From IMG/VR virus record IMGVR_UViG_3300032008_000011, positions 1 through 41,146 of that record: a DNA stretch of 41,146 bases; one strand, 5' to 3'. The translations under genes and the position numbers were made by a program. The notes under the pieces are model-generated. The model ran no database searches, was not told the DNA's origin, and worked only from the letters and a program-made list of their open reading frames with translations. Every line of letters begins with the position of its first letter. Within the stretch, counting starts at the first letter, position 1. Below are positions 10,309-19,215 of this stretch, in pieces. The stretch is from a virus (lineage: Duplodnaviria; Caudoviricetes).

Positions 10309-11508
10309 TCAGGTATGGGCAGGAGCTGCCATGAAGCCAGTCACCATGCCCCAGTCGACCAGATTGCCCAGATCGCTGGATGGCGCTGACGACGAGAACT
10401 GCGGTGCCTTGGCAACCTTCGCCACACCGTATTGCGCCTCGATGCCGATGCCGAAGACGAACTCATAGTCGCCGTCTTCCAGCGTCGTCGGCCGCGGCAA
10501 TTGACCCATGGCATAGGCCATGGCTGCCTGACCGCACAGGAACACCGGCTCAACGTCAACCGGACCTGCTCCGGCCCCTACCAGAAGCAATCTGGAGGTA
10601 ATCTCCGGAATGTTCTTGTAGAGAATGCCGTCATAGAGCAGAGCTCCACCAGTGAAGATCGGATTAGTTCCGGTTGCATTGCTCTCACGAGCTCGGGCAT
10701 CGCGATTGGCCTGGTACATGGTCGGATCGGCCTGCAACTGGGCAAAGCAGCGGTCCCCGACGAAGCAGACATACATTTCCTCGTCGAGTTCTTCGATTTC
10801 CCAAGGCGTGATCTTCGGACGACCGTTATATGTCGCCGTACCTGGATCCATGCCGGATTGCTTGGCCATGGCCTTCATCAGCGAGCCATTGGCCGCCGTC
10901 ATCAGGTCATTGGTGCCGTCAACGTTGGCAATCGCCGTGGCAAAGGTTGCCGAATAGTTGCCAAGATCCTTGCCGAACAGCACGCGATCATAATTCGCCG
11001 CCGTCCATGAGTTCTTGTTGGCCGCCGTCGCTGCACTCCACCTGATGCCGTTGACACGATTGCCAGGAGACGTGAAGCGATTGGCCTGGATCGATCCGGT
11101 CGGAATCGCCATCAGGGAATCGACAAGATCGTCACGAATAATGCGACGAGACCAGCCACGCAAGAGGTTGCGTGCGGTAGACCGCACATCGAACGACGAT
11201 TCCTTGTTGACCGCCCTGTTGTTGGCCACGGCATTGCGTGCCCAGTCCGCCCAGATCGGAAAGCCGTAAGAGTCCATCATTTCCTCATTGCCGCGCAAGG
11301 TACCGACACCGACACCCATGCCCGACAATTGAGTCACGAGAGGAACATTAATCTCTTTGCCATTGGCTTCCAGATCGGCCAAACGGACAATGACTGATGT
11401 AGATGAATCTCCCATAAAAGGGTCAAAACGAGACCGCCGCAGGAAGTCGGAAATGACCTCTCTTCGGAATTTAATGAGTTCATTGGCAACATGATTGGTA
11501 GTGAGCAT
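10309..11508 (-). CDS. Major capsid protein (N4-gp56/DUF4043-like)
   Basis: 399 aa; LVTQLSG.GV..GTLRGNEE, NPIFTGGALLYDGIL and LCGQAA motifs; follows the scaffold. Confidence 0.85.
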   Translation of the reverse strand: MLTTNHVANELIKFRREVISDFLRRSRFDPFMGDSSTSVIVRLADLEANGKEINVPLVTQLSGMGVGVGTLRGNEEMMDSYGFPIWADWARNAVANNRAVNKESSFDVRSTARNLLRGWSRRIIRDDLVDSLMAIPTGSIQANRFTSPGNRVNGIRWSAATAANKNSWTAANYDRVLFGKDLGNYSATFATAIANVDGTNDLMTAANGSLMKAMAKQSGMDPGTATYNGRPKITPWEIEELDEEMYVCFVGDRCFAQLQADPTMYQANRDARARESNATGTNPIFTGGALLYDGILYKNIPEITSRLLLVGAGAGPVDVEPVFLCGQAAMAYAMGQLPRPTTLEDGDYEFVFGIGIEAQYGVAKVAKAPQFSSSAPSSDLGNLVDWGMVTGFMAAPAHT

Positions 11509-11560
11509 GGCCGCAACCCCTGTGGGTTAGCGGCGTCAATGACCTGTAAGGTCGTTTCCT

Positions 11561-12472
11561 TTATTTGGGACGCCGCCTGGCTGAAACGGCTGCCCGGAAA
11601 AGAGCCTCGTCAGAAGCATCGTGGATGAAATCCTCAGCTCCTGCGGTCCCGATTTCCGAGAGCGATGGAGGCAAGGAAGACGACATGTTGGATAAAGGTT
11701 GCTGCGTTGAAACCGGACGATTGACCTGCGTGGTCGCCTGACCTCGCATGGCCTGGTAAACCTGCCGCTGATAATCGGGATCTCGCATGGCTTGCTCCCG
11801 GATTGTCTTCTTATAGGCTTCCAGGTCTCCCCCGATCTCGGACAAAGTCTTGCGATCAACGAACCATCTCGTGATCACGCCATACGGATCATGTGATCCC
11901 ATGGCGCTGTGATAAACCGCCCACGCCTGTGGATCGCTATTGGCCATACCGCCGCGCAATGCATTATAGGCATTGTCGACGGTCTCATGACCATAACGCT
12001 GCTGAGCATTTTCCGTGCTCTGCCTTTCCATCTGAAGACGATGATTCGCTTCCAACTGTTGCAGATACGGCATCATCTCCTGCCGTACAAACTCAGATGG
12101 ATTATCGAATATATCGATCTTCTTGGGCGGTTCCTGCCGCGGACGAGTCTGATTGACCTCGTAGGCAGCAATCCTCGCCCGCAATTCCGAAATTTCCTGC
12201 TCAGCCCGTCTCCGGGCCTCGCTTTCTTCCCGCAACCGGTGCGGAGGAATACGACCCTCCTGCTCCGGAGCTTCCTGTTCAGCTTTTTGGAACCGGCCTT
12301 GTTCGTCACGTTGACGTTCAGACCGCTCTGCTTGCTGAACCGGCTTATCCGGCGGCGGTTGCGGTAAGTTAGGATTCTCGAATTGCTCTAGCGTTGGACT
12401 GTCAGTCGCATCACGAAACAATTCTATATCGCTTTGTGATCCTTGTCCTTGTGCAACGTCTGTATCACTCAC
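11561..12472 (-). CDS. Scaffolding protein
   Basis: RDEQGRF and IPPHRLREE coiled-coil motifs; between portal and MCP. GTG 12472 has a GGAGG RBS (ORF track starts at 12490). Confidence 0.75.
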   Translation of the reverse strand: MSDTDVAQGQGSQSDIELFRDATDSPTLEQFENPNLPQPPPDKPVQQAERSERQRDEQGRFQKAEQEAPEQEGRIPPHRLREESEARRRAEQEISELRARIAAYEVNQTRPRQEPPKKIDIFDNPSEFVRQEMMPYLQQLEANHRLQMERQSTENAQQRYGHETVDNAYNALRGGMANSDPQAWAVYHSAMGSHDPYGVITRWFVDRKTLSEIGGDLEAYKKTIREQAMRDPDYQRQVYQAMRGQATTQVNRPVSTQQPLSNMSSSLPPSLSEIGTAGAEDFIHDASDEALFRAAVSARRRPK

Positions 12473-12674
12473 TTGCGTCCTCCCCGGCATTATCGTGAGC
12501 CGGCAACGTAGCTTCCGTTTCGCCGGAAGCAGGCGGTGTCGCCTTGATCTCGTTCAAGACTGACGAAATTTCTGAAAGCCGCTTGAACAGCACATCAATC
12601 TTTTTGGATACATCGTCCAATGTGATCTTAACCTTGGGCAGTCGCTTAACCGGCTTCTTTTTTGCTTTTTTCAT
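12465..12674 (-). CDS. Small basic hypothetical protein
   Basis: ATGA overlap with the portal stop; Lys-rich N-terminus and short coiled coil. Confidence 0.55.
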   Translation of the reverse strand: MKKAKKKPVKRLPKVKITLDDVSKKIDVLFKRLSEISSVLNEIKATPPASGETEATLPAHDNAGEDASE

Positions 12675-14737
12675 TCCTGCGGTTCCTGCGGCGGCTGCTG
12701 AGCCATCCTGGCTTGCTGCATCTGGGCTTCTCGATCAAGATGGCGATGAACGCTATCAACATGGCGATCAGCCATACGATGCAGGCTGTCCACATGGCGA
12801 TCGGCAGTGCGCTGGGCATGGTCGGCCAAGGTTTGGAGTGGCTGGAACAGGGCACCGTGATAAATCTTGGCGGCAGATGCTCGCTTATGGGCCGCCGTTG
12901 CGTTAGTCTCATTAATGTCAGCAAGCTGCTGGGCAAGCTGCAAATGCGTCAATGGCTCTGGTGGAGCGGCTGGCCTGCCTTCGTTGCGTGCCTTTGCAAC
13001 ATTCAGCATCGATGCGGTCTGGATCTTACCAACCTCAGCCTGCTTCTTCTGCACATCGGCCTGCTTCTCGGCCATCAGCAATTGCTGCGCCTGCTGCTTG
13101 ACCGGATCAACCTGCTGGGTTATCGCCGTCAGCTTCTTCTTGGCCGACAGCGGCAATGCCGATGCCTCGATAATCGCCTGTGGCGGTACCGGCACATTGT
13201 TCTGTGCCAGGGCCATCAGCAGATCGAACACATCGCCCATTACCGTTTCATTGTCCGGACCTTCGTCGATAAGGATCTCAACGTCGATATTGCCAAGCAT
13301 ATTAACAAGCATCGGCAAGCCATATTCATTAAGCTGAACGCCATTGATCTGAAGGAATTGCGCAACACCCATGTCATTGGTCACACGCAGGAATCGATCC
13401 GCCGTCCAGAACTTCTGCGCCGCCATCCAGCAGGACCGATAGCGATCGAGCTTCCACATCCTGAAATTCTTCAGGATCGGCCCGATCTCGGCCAAGCCGG
13501 CCTGCTGCAACAGGTTCGCTGCACGGCCACTGACGTTCTGGCCGAATTCCTGGATTAATTGCTGGTTCGGACCATAGGTATCGATTTCCTGCTTGGCGTC
13601 CTGGTAGTAGTTGGTCTGTTGCAGGAACTCCTGATCGGGGGACACAATCTCAAGATCCTTGCGGTCGCCACGATACACCAAAACGCCATCAGGTCGCGCC
13701 GCTTCCCGTCGCGTCACCTCGACATCATCGACCACACCTTCCTTCATGATCACCTGACGGGTGTTCATGATATGGATGGCCTTGCTGCGGTGCTGGTTGA
13801 TGGCGTCCTGCGGACCGCGCAACCGCCGCACCATGCCGTAATGATCTCCGTGAATATCGACGAAGGCGGCAAAGGCATTGTATTTGGAAATCGACTGGCC
13901 ACGTGAATTGACGAACGGCGATTGACCTTGAGCCAGTTCGACGATGCCTGTATGCAAGCACCAATACCAGACATTGCCCTTCTTGTACCAATGATCGATC
14001 AAGCGCACGCGATGATAGATATCGATCCACATCGGCTCGCGATCGGTATCGAATGCCGTCCAGTAGCCCTGATCGTTGTTGGTCGATTGCCGGATTAGGT
14101 CCTTGGAGCCTGGAAACAAGGCTTCGAGTTCGTCGGAATCCGCCCATTTGTAAACGCCATGAAAGCGGGTGTCCGAGAAATCCGGTCGCGTCGAACGTGG
14201 ATCATAAAACCATGTCCTCGGATCGACGTAAGAGAACACGATGTCAGGATCTTGCTTATCTCCCTTTCGTATATTGAGCTCAGACACGCCAATGCCATGG
14301 ATGAGAGCATCCTTGCAGCACTCGACCTCAAGATCCTCAGACCTCGAAGCATCGCAGATGGTCCGGATGACCTGAGTGGCTACCTCGGCTCCCTGCTCTC
14401 CGTTGGGAGTATTTGGATAAACCTTTGGATCAGTCCTAAGCCGTCTAATTGTCCCTGAGAGGCTGTCAATTTTACGCCCGGTACGGTCGAAAGTAATCGC
14501 AGGCTGCTGTCTACGACGGAGTACTCTGAGCTGTTCAACAGTCCATTGATCGACATGGTAATAACGCCATGACAGTCTCTGCTCATCGATTTCCCGTCCT
14601 TTGACATAAACATAATTCTCGAACTCCCGTCGTCGCTTGACAGTCGATGTATTGCTCTTGCCTGACGCATCGAGATTATCGCTTGAATCACCCTGATCGT
14701 ACTGGCCGAGATTGCCGCGTTCGTCGAGCGAGATCAT
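12671..14737 (-). CDS. Portal protein (P22-like)
   Basis: 688 aa; DQWT...RRQQPAITFDR, YGMVRRLRGPQDAINQHRSK; Gln-rich C-terminal barrel. Confidence 0.9.
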   Translation of the reverse strand: MISLDERGNLGQYDQGDSSDNLDASGKSNTSTVKRRREFENYVYVKGREIDEQRLSWRYYHVDQWTVEQLRVLRRRQQPAITFDRTGRKIDSLSGTIRRLRTDPKVYPNTPNGEQGAEVATQVIRTICDASRSEDLEVECCKDALIHGIGVSELNIRKGDKQDPDIVFSYVDPRTWFYDPRSTRPDFSDTRFHGVYKWADSDELEALFPGSKDLIRQSTNNDQGYWTAFDTDREPMWIDIYHRVRLIDHWYKKGNVWYWCLHTGIVELAQGQSPFVNSRGQSISKYNAFAAFVDIHGDHYGMVRRLRGPQDAINQHRSKAIHIMNTRQVIMKEGVVDDVEVTRREAARPDGVLVYRGDRKDLEIVSPDQEFLQQTNYYQDAKQEIDTYGPNQQLIQEFGQNVSGRAANLLQQAGLAEIGPILKNFRMWKLDRYRSCWMAAQKFWTADRFLRVTNDMGVAQFLQINGVQLNEYGLPMLVNMLGNIDVEILIDEGPDNETVMGDVFDLLMALAQNNVPVPPQAIIEASALPLSAKKKLTAITQQVDPVKQQAQQLLMAEKQADVQKKQAEVGKIQTASMLNVAKARNEGRPAAPPEPLTHLQLAQQLADINETNATAAHKRASAAKIYHGALFQPLQTLADHAQRTADRHVDSLHRMADRHVDSVHRHLDREAQMQQARMAQQPPQEPQE

Positions 14738-15675
14738 CTAGAATCGCCTGAATTGTCGTATTGACTTGCTACTGCACCTGTCCCAAGCGCTCCGGCAATG
14801 CCGTATCTCTTGAGAATATCGATCAAGCCGGGATTGAAGACGACGTAATTAGAAGTGCCTTGGCCCAGTTTGCGCGACATCTGATCCCAGTATCGGATGC
14901 CGGGAATGCCGGCTTTCTCAAGAAGTTTTGACGCACCAGGTTTGCCTACTGCACTCCTCAAGGCCCGATAAGACGCCTCACCCGTCAGATTCGGATTAGC
15001 AGCTCTCTCATAAAGCGGCACGTTGGGAACGGTTTGCCTGATTTTATCAGCCATCTCCGTGCCGATCGGCTGGTCCCAATTCAACAAGCTTTGCGGATCA
15101 GCGTTGATGTTCAATTCATATGTGCGAGGACCGACTGGCTGGCCGCTTTCGAGAATAGCTTTTTCCTGCCGTCGTTGTTCCAGCATCTGTTGACTATAAG
15201 ATGTGGGTTCTTCCTCATGCATCAATTCGCGATCGCGTACATCTCTAGCTGCACTTCTAGCAGCAGCCTCGCGATCAAAGCCATGCGCCTGTAATCGCTC
15301 TGCCGCGGCTCGTTCAGCCGGTGAAAATCTATGAAGGAAACTATTCCAATATTCGCCACCCTGCCCGCTGACCGCCGGATTCTCGGCGGCATAGATGCCA
15401 TGTCCATAAGCCTGCGCGCCCTCGCCGCTCCCGATCTTCGACAGATCGAACTTCTCGAAGATGTGAGGCGAGGAGTGATAAGCCTTGATGCCGAGTCCTC
15501 CCCCGGAAAATGCCATCCCGAGACCCATGGCTCGGTTGATGTCTTCTGGCGTGATCGTTACTCCTGTCGAAGTCGTAACAGGACCTCTGTTCAATTGCCC
15601 AAGATTGGATAATCCACTCCTGATCCGATCCATCAATGAAAGCTGAGATAGCGGCGGATAGGTATCAGGCATCAA
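14734..15675 (-). CDS. ADP-ribosyltransferase-like protein (polyvalent-protein ART-like domain)
   Basis: AYHSSPHIFEKFDLSKIGSGEGAQAYGHGIYAAE ... GIPGIRYWD ... NYVVFNP signature. Confidence 0.65.
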   Translation of the reverse strand: MMPDTYPPLSQLSLMDRIRSGLSNLGQLNRGPVTTSTGVTITPEDINRAMGLGMAFSGGGLGIKAYHSSPHIFEKFDLSKIGSGEGAQAYGHGIYAAENPAVSGQGGEYWNSFLHRFSPAERAAAERLQAHGFDREAAARSAARDVRDRELMHEEEPTSYSQQMLEQRRQEKAILESGQPVGPRTYELNINADPQSLLNWDQPIGTEMADKIRQTVPNVPLYERAANPNLTGEASYRALRSAVGKPGASKLLEKAGIPGIRYWDQMSRKLGQGTSNYVVFNPGLIDILKRYGIAGALGTGAVASQYDNSGDSR

Positions 15676-15863
15676 CCTCTAATCCCCACAGCATAGGTAG
15701 GCGTATCGATGATCATTTTCTGCCGTGGTTGCATGTCATGCAGTCGCCGCGACAATTCCATCAAGACACTATAAGGCAATACCGGTTGTGGCTGTGGTGG
15801 AGGCAGTTGTATGCCCGTCGGCAAATTAGCCAACGGCGGATAACCTCTGTTTTGTTCGGGCAT
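15672..15863 (-). CDS. Small Pro-rich hypothetical protein
   Basis: 63 aa; coupled to the next gene; GYPPLANL motif. Confidence 0.55.
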   Translation of the reverse strand: MPEQNRGYPPLANLPTGIQLPPPQPQPVLPYSVLMELSRRLHDMQPRQKMIIDTPTYAVGIRG

Positions 15864-15878
15864 GAAATGGCCTATACT

Positions 15879-17333
15879 CTATAGAGTCATCGCGTCCACG
15901 GTCTTGAGCCGACGCTCGCTGCTGTACCCATCCTTCGGCTTGACCGGCCCCCGCTGGGGCTTGCCGGCATAGCCGATGTGCATATGGTCGATCAGCTGAC
16001 CTGCCAAACTTAGGGCGTCGGCCTGATCATCCCATTTGGCTGCCGGGAAGCTCAATATCTCCGCCAGGAAATCCGCCGCCCACGGCGCATGCCGGGGATA
16101 GTACAGCCCATCCAGAGCCATGCGACCCTGGATGGACCGTGCTCGCACTGATTTATCATTACGTGATGCAAACTGCGTGCGGTTGACATACAGCCGGCGC
16201 TGCGTCATCCGTTTCTCAAGAAACGGCCCTACACCGGATCTGATCTGTCCGGTTTCCTCGGCCCATTCCAAGGGCCGATACTTCTGCACAAGATCACAGA
16301 AGCCTTCAATCCACTCGTCTGCTGCGGCCTGACGCCGCCACACATCAAGCAAATACAGATTGTTGAGGTGGTCAACTCCGACGACCGCATGGACAGTGTA
16401 ATCTCCTCCGTCGGCGGTAACAGCATAGTCGCTTCCGCCGTACACTCGCAAATTAGAAGAGTGAGGAACGATGTCACAGGGTTTTAGCCATTCTTCCTTG
16501 AAGAAATTGCCTTCGTCGGGAGCCGGGGCCTGTTGATAAAGAGCCGACCAGACCCGCGGCGGTGTGGTTTGCTGCATCGTGAGCAATTGTCCACCATAGC
16601 CATAATCATCGTCGGTCCACAATGGCTGTCCCGGAGTTCTCCCCAAGGCATCATCCTGCTTGGCAATGGCTGGTAACGACAACACCTCCCATGGCTCATG
16701 ATTCAAGGCACGGCCACCAAGGTCATCCTCGTGCCAAAGTGTCATTATCAAAACTATACGAGCCCCAGGTACCAGACGAGGGCGAAAGTCGTTAAGGTAC
16801 CAATCCCAAAGCCGATTGCGAATGAGCAAACTGTCTGCATCCTGGCGTGATCGGATTGGATCGTCAATAATGCCATATAATGCTCGGAAACCTGCAATAC
16901 CGACTCCGGCGCCGGCTGCATAATACTCGCCGCCTTCCTCCAATGACCATCGGTTGGCGGCCTGATTGTCCTCAGACAACTTGATATGAAGCGTTTGTTC
17001 ATGCTCGGTGATGATGTTCCTGACCCGGCGCCCCCAGCGCTCTGCCAGTTCCGTAGTATGGCTGGCGGCCAAGATCAAGGCTTTTGGATTCCGGGCCAAT
17101 AGCCAAGGCGGAAACAGAACGCTCGTATATGTGCTTTTGGCACTCCCTGGCGGAGCAAAGATCGCCAGCCGCTTGATCTCGCCGTTCGCGACCTGCTCAA
17201 GCTTCCGGTTAATCAGCCGATGATGCGCCGCCGGCTTGAAGCCATTCCATTCCGCCCAAGCATCGAGATTCTCGCGCAGCCGCCGACGCGCGACAATCAG
17301 CGCCGCGGCGTCCTGCTGGTAGCTTCTGTTCAT
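15879..17333 (-). CDS. terL: Terminase large subunit
   Basis: Walker A PPGSAKS, Walker B GIIDDP, nuclease motifs GSDYA..GGDYT and FPAAKWDDQADA. Confidence 0.95.
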   Translation of the reverse strand: MNRSYQQDAAALIVARRRLRENLDAWAEWNGFKPAAHHRLINRKLEQVANGEIKRLAIFAPPGSAKSTYTSVLFPPWLLARNPKALILAASHTTELAERWGRRVRNIITEHEQTLHIKLSEDNQAANRWSLEEGGEYYAAGAGVGIAGFRALYGIIDDPIRSRQDADSLLIRNRLWDWYLNDFRPRLVPGARIVLIMTLWHEDDLGGRALNHEPWEVLSLPAIAKQDDALGRTPGQPLWTDDDYGYGGQLLTMQQTTPPRVWSALYQQAPAPDEGNFFKEEWLKPCDIVPHSSNLRVYGGSDYAVTADGGDYTVHAVVGVDHLNNLYLLDVWRRQAAADEWIEGFCDLVQKYRPLEWAEETGQIRSGVGPFLEKRMTQRRLYVNRTQFASRNDKSVRARSIQGRMALDGLYYPRHAPWAADFLAEILSFPAAKWDDQADALSLAGQLIDHMHIGYAGKPQRGPVKPKDGYSSERRLKTVDAMTL

Positions 17334-17351
17334 CGATCCGCAATCGATCGA

Positions 17352-17555
17352 TCAATCGTCGTCACGACCCCACGGTACCGACCGAAAACCAGGACCATTT
17401 TTGGGATTGCCGATGTCATCCTTGCCATAAGGATCGACGCTCTTGTCCTCGCCATGCCGCACCGTCTCGTCCGGATCGCTGAGGCGATGATGACAATAGG
17501 AATCCGCGCCGCGATCGCTGCTGCGATCCCGCACCATGTCCTTGAATCGGCCCAT
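17352..17555 (-). CDS. Small acidic hypothetical protein (MGRFKD..., 67 aa)
   Basis: AAGGAGG RBS at usable spacing from ATG 17555. Confidence 0.5.
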   Translation of the reverse strand: MGRFKDMVRDRSSDRGADSYCHHRLSDPDETVRHGEDKSVDPYGKDDIGNPKNGPGFRSVPWGRDDD

Positions 17556-17565
17556 GCCATCCTCC

Positions 17566-17784
17566 TTAAGAAAAGAAAGCGCAGTCACCATAAATCGGCG
17601 AATTATCCGGAGGCTTCTTCCCCTGCGCTTGCCACCGCCAGGCCATGCACTGGCTCGCAACGCACAAATGCGGCCCGCTACCCGACATCGTAATGCCGCT
17701 GACCGTAGAATTGGTATCAAAGTCCGACCTGGCAAATGTCAGAGGACAATACTTCGTCCTTGCATCATCCTCCGACATCGCCAT
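17566..17784 (-). CDS. Cys-containing hypothetical protein
   Basis: KYCP...CVASQCMAWRW...GDC pattern; GGGAG RBS before ATG 17784. Confidence 0.65.
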   Translation of the reverse strand: MAMSEDDARTKYCPLTFARSDFDTNSTVSGITMSGSGPHLCVASQCMAWRWQAQGKKPPDNSPIYGDCAFFS

Positions 17785-17786
17785 GG

Positions 17787-17900
17787 CTATCTCCCTCGGC
17801 TCGATCGTTTGGCTAAAGTCTTGGCCAAGGCCGATGATAATTTCAGCCGCGCAACCTTGCCTTTCTTGGCAATAGCCTTCTTCTTCATCTTCCTCGCCAT
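17787..17900 (-). CDS. 37-aa highly basic peptide
   Basis: MARKMKKKAIAKKGKVARLKLSSALAKTLAKRSSRGR; GAGGTG RBS; fills the gap between neighbours exactly. Confidence 0.55.
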   Translation of the reverse strand: MARKMKKKAIAKKGKVARLKLSSALAKTLAKRSSRGR

Positions 17901-17903
17901 GTC

Positions 17904-18392
17904 TCACCTCTTGCTTGGCGTTGGAACCAGTGTCTCGTCCTTTGGGAAAATGGCCACACCCCAACCCGTCATCGGCGTCCAGAACACCTTGGCTTCCCAG
18001 CCGAAGATAGGCCTGGCTCCCGGTTGATCCGGCGGTTCTGGTAAAGGATGTCCAGCCACAGGCGGATACCCAGTCCCCGGCGGTAGCTCAACACCCGGAG
18101 GTCCCCAAATGGGAAAAGTCGGCTTGCCCGGAGGCTGACCTTCGACCGGCGGCTGCTCCGGCGGGATCACGATGGGATGCTCGGGATGCGGATAGCCACC
18201 CGGCGGCACGATCGGATGCGCCGGCATATTGCCACTGTCCGGCGGCACCTCCTCCGGCGGCACGATCGGCCCGCCGCCCACACTCAGTCCGACAATGCTC
18301 GCCGAACCCACCAGAACCACACTCTGCTGCGTCCGCGCCGTCTTGTCGTACAACACACCACTGATCTGAATCGGTACCGCCGCCATAACCAC
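17904..18392 (-). CDS. Proline-rich hypothetical protein
   Basis: Repeated HPIVPP / HPIVIPP / HPLP; GGAGGTGG RBS. Confidence 0.75.
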   Translation of the reverse strand: MVMAAVPIQISGVLYDKTARTQQSVVLVGSASIVGLSVGGGPIVPPEEVPPDSGNMPAHPIVPPGGYPHPEHPIVIPPEQPPVEGQPPGKPTFPIWGPPGVELPPGTGYPPVAGHPLPEPPDQPGARPIFGWEAKVFWTPMTGWGVAIFPKDETLVPTPSKR

Positions 18393-18431
18393 CTCCTCTG
18401 TAATCGCTAGCCTGTCAATAACAATAACTCG

Positions 18432-18557
18432 TCAAGGACCCCCACCCTTCTTCCTGGCATGGCCCATCGTCGAAAAACGACCAAATGCCCAGGCCAAGGA
18501 AGGAAACAATCCAATCGACAAAAACGGAATCCAGAATAGTTTTCGCCTGCTTATCAT
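18432..18557 (-). CDS. 41-aa peptide with twin-arginine-like N-terminus
   Basis: MISRRKLFWIPFLSIGLFPSLAWA-FGRF...; GAGG RBS. Confidence 0.4.
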   Translation of the reverse strand: MISRRKLFWIPFLSIGLFPSLAWAFGRFSTMGHARKKGGGP

Positions 18558-18567
18558 AACGATAACC

Positions 18568-18621
18568 TCATGGCGCTGCTATGACACTGAGCGTCTTGCC
18601 CGGCTCACCTGCAAAATATCG
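18568..18621 (-). pseudogene. Orphan recoded copy of the 3' end of 18635..19018
   Basis: Reads RYFAGEPGKTLSVIAAP* versus EYFGVQPGKTLSVIAAP* in the intact gene. Confidence 0.7.
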
Positions 18622-18634
18622 AGCAAATGGCGGC

Positions 18635-19018
18635 CTACGGCGCCGCTATCACACTCAACGTCTTGCCAGGCTGAACCCCGAAATATTCCGCCGTGTAAGC
18701 CGGCAACGGCAAATCCGTCGCCGCCGCCGCCGTGCCATCCGCCCTGATCGCACACTGAACCTCACATATAATCCGGATATAGCGCGTCGAAAAATTGAAC
18801 GCCGCACTCGTCTGCACGCCCGCCGTCGTGTCCAGATTTTGCTTCGCTACCCACGGCAAAGTGGCAATCTGCATCAGTGCGCCGCTCGCAGCCGGCAACG
18901 ACCCAAACTCAATAATCCAAACCCGCTGCGTCGCAGCCGCCACAGACGGAATGCTACATAGCAGCAAAGTCGTGCCAAGCAATAAGCGTTTCATGATCAT
19001 CCTCTCAACCAGCCTCAA
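18635..19018 (-). CDS. Hypothetical protein with signal-peptide-like N-terminus
   Basis: MKRLLLGTTLLLCSIPSVAAA followed by a beta-rich domain; true start probably about 18994. Confidence 0.7.
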   Translation of the reverse strand: MRLVERMIMKRLLLGTTLLLCSIPSVAAATQRVWIIEFGSLPAASGALMQIATLPWVAKQNLDTTAGVQTSAAFNFSTRYIRIICEVQCAIRADGTAAAATDLPLPAYTAEYFGVQPGKTLSVIAAP

Positions 19019-19051
19019 TGCTACGCGCTATCAATATGGCTGTACCACACC

Positions 19052-19204
19052 TCACGGATGAGCGACGATCCACGCATCAATAAACGACTGCCCGGTCCGG
19101 TACGACGTCGCATTGCCAATCACCGCACCCGTCGCATCGCGAATCACAACACCCGAATCATTCTTGCCAGGCCCCATCCTGTAACTGCGGTACCAAATGT
19201 ACAT
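19052..19204 (-). CDS. 50-aa hypothetical protein
   Basis: AGGAG RBS; MYIWYRSYRMGPGKNDSGVVIRD... Confidence 0.5.
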   Translation of the reverse strand: MYIWYRSYRMGPGKNDSGVVIRDATGAVIGNATSYRTGQSFIDAWIVAHP

Positions 19205-19215
19205 CACAAAAGCTC

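Noticed and set aside
12662-13558. 298-aa plus-strand ORF, and similar ones at 9521..10300 and 10432..11010
   Set aside because: Antisense to portal and capsid genes; expected from codon bias
17330-17560. 76-aa ORF MAWADSR...
   Set aside because: ATG directly abuts the SD; the 17352..17555 frame has better spacing, though not fully excluded because this ORF couples to terL
18568-18690. Duplicate gene end as a DGR template/variable repeat pair
   Set aside because: No reverse transcriptase; differences are synonymous and not adenine-specific
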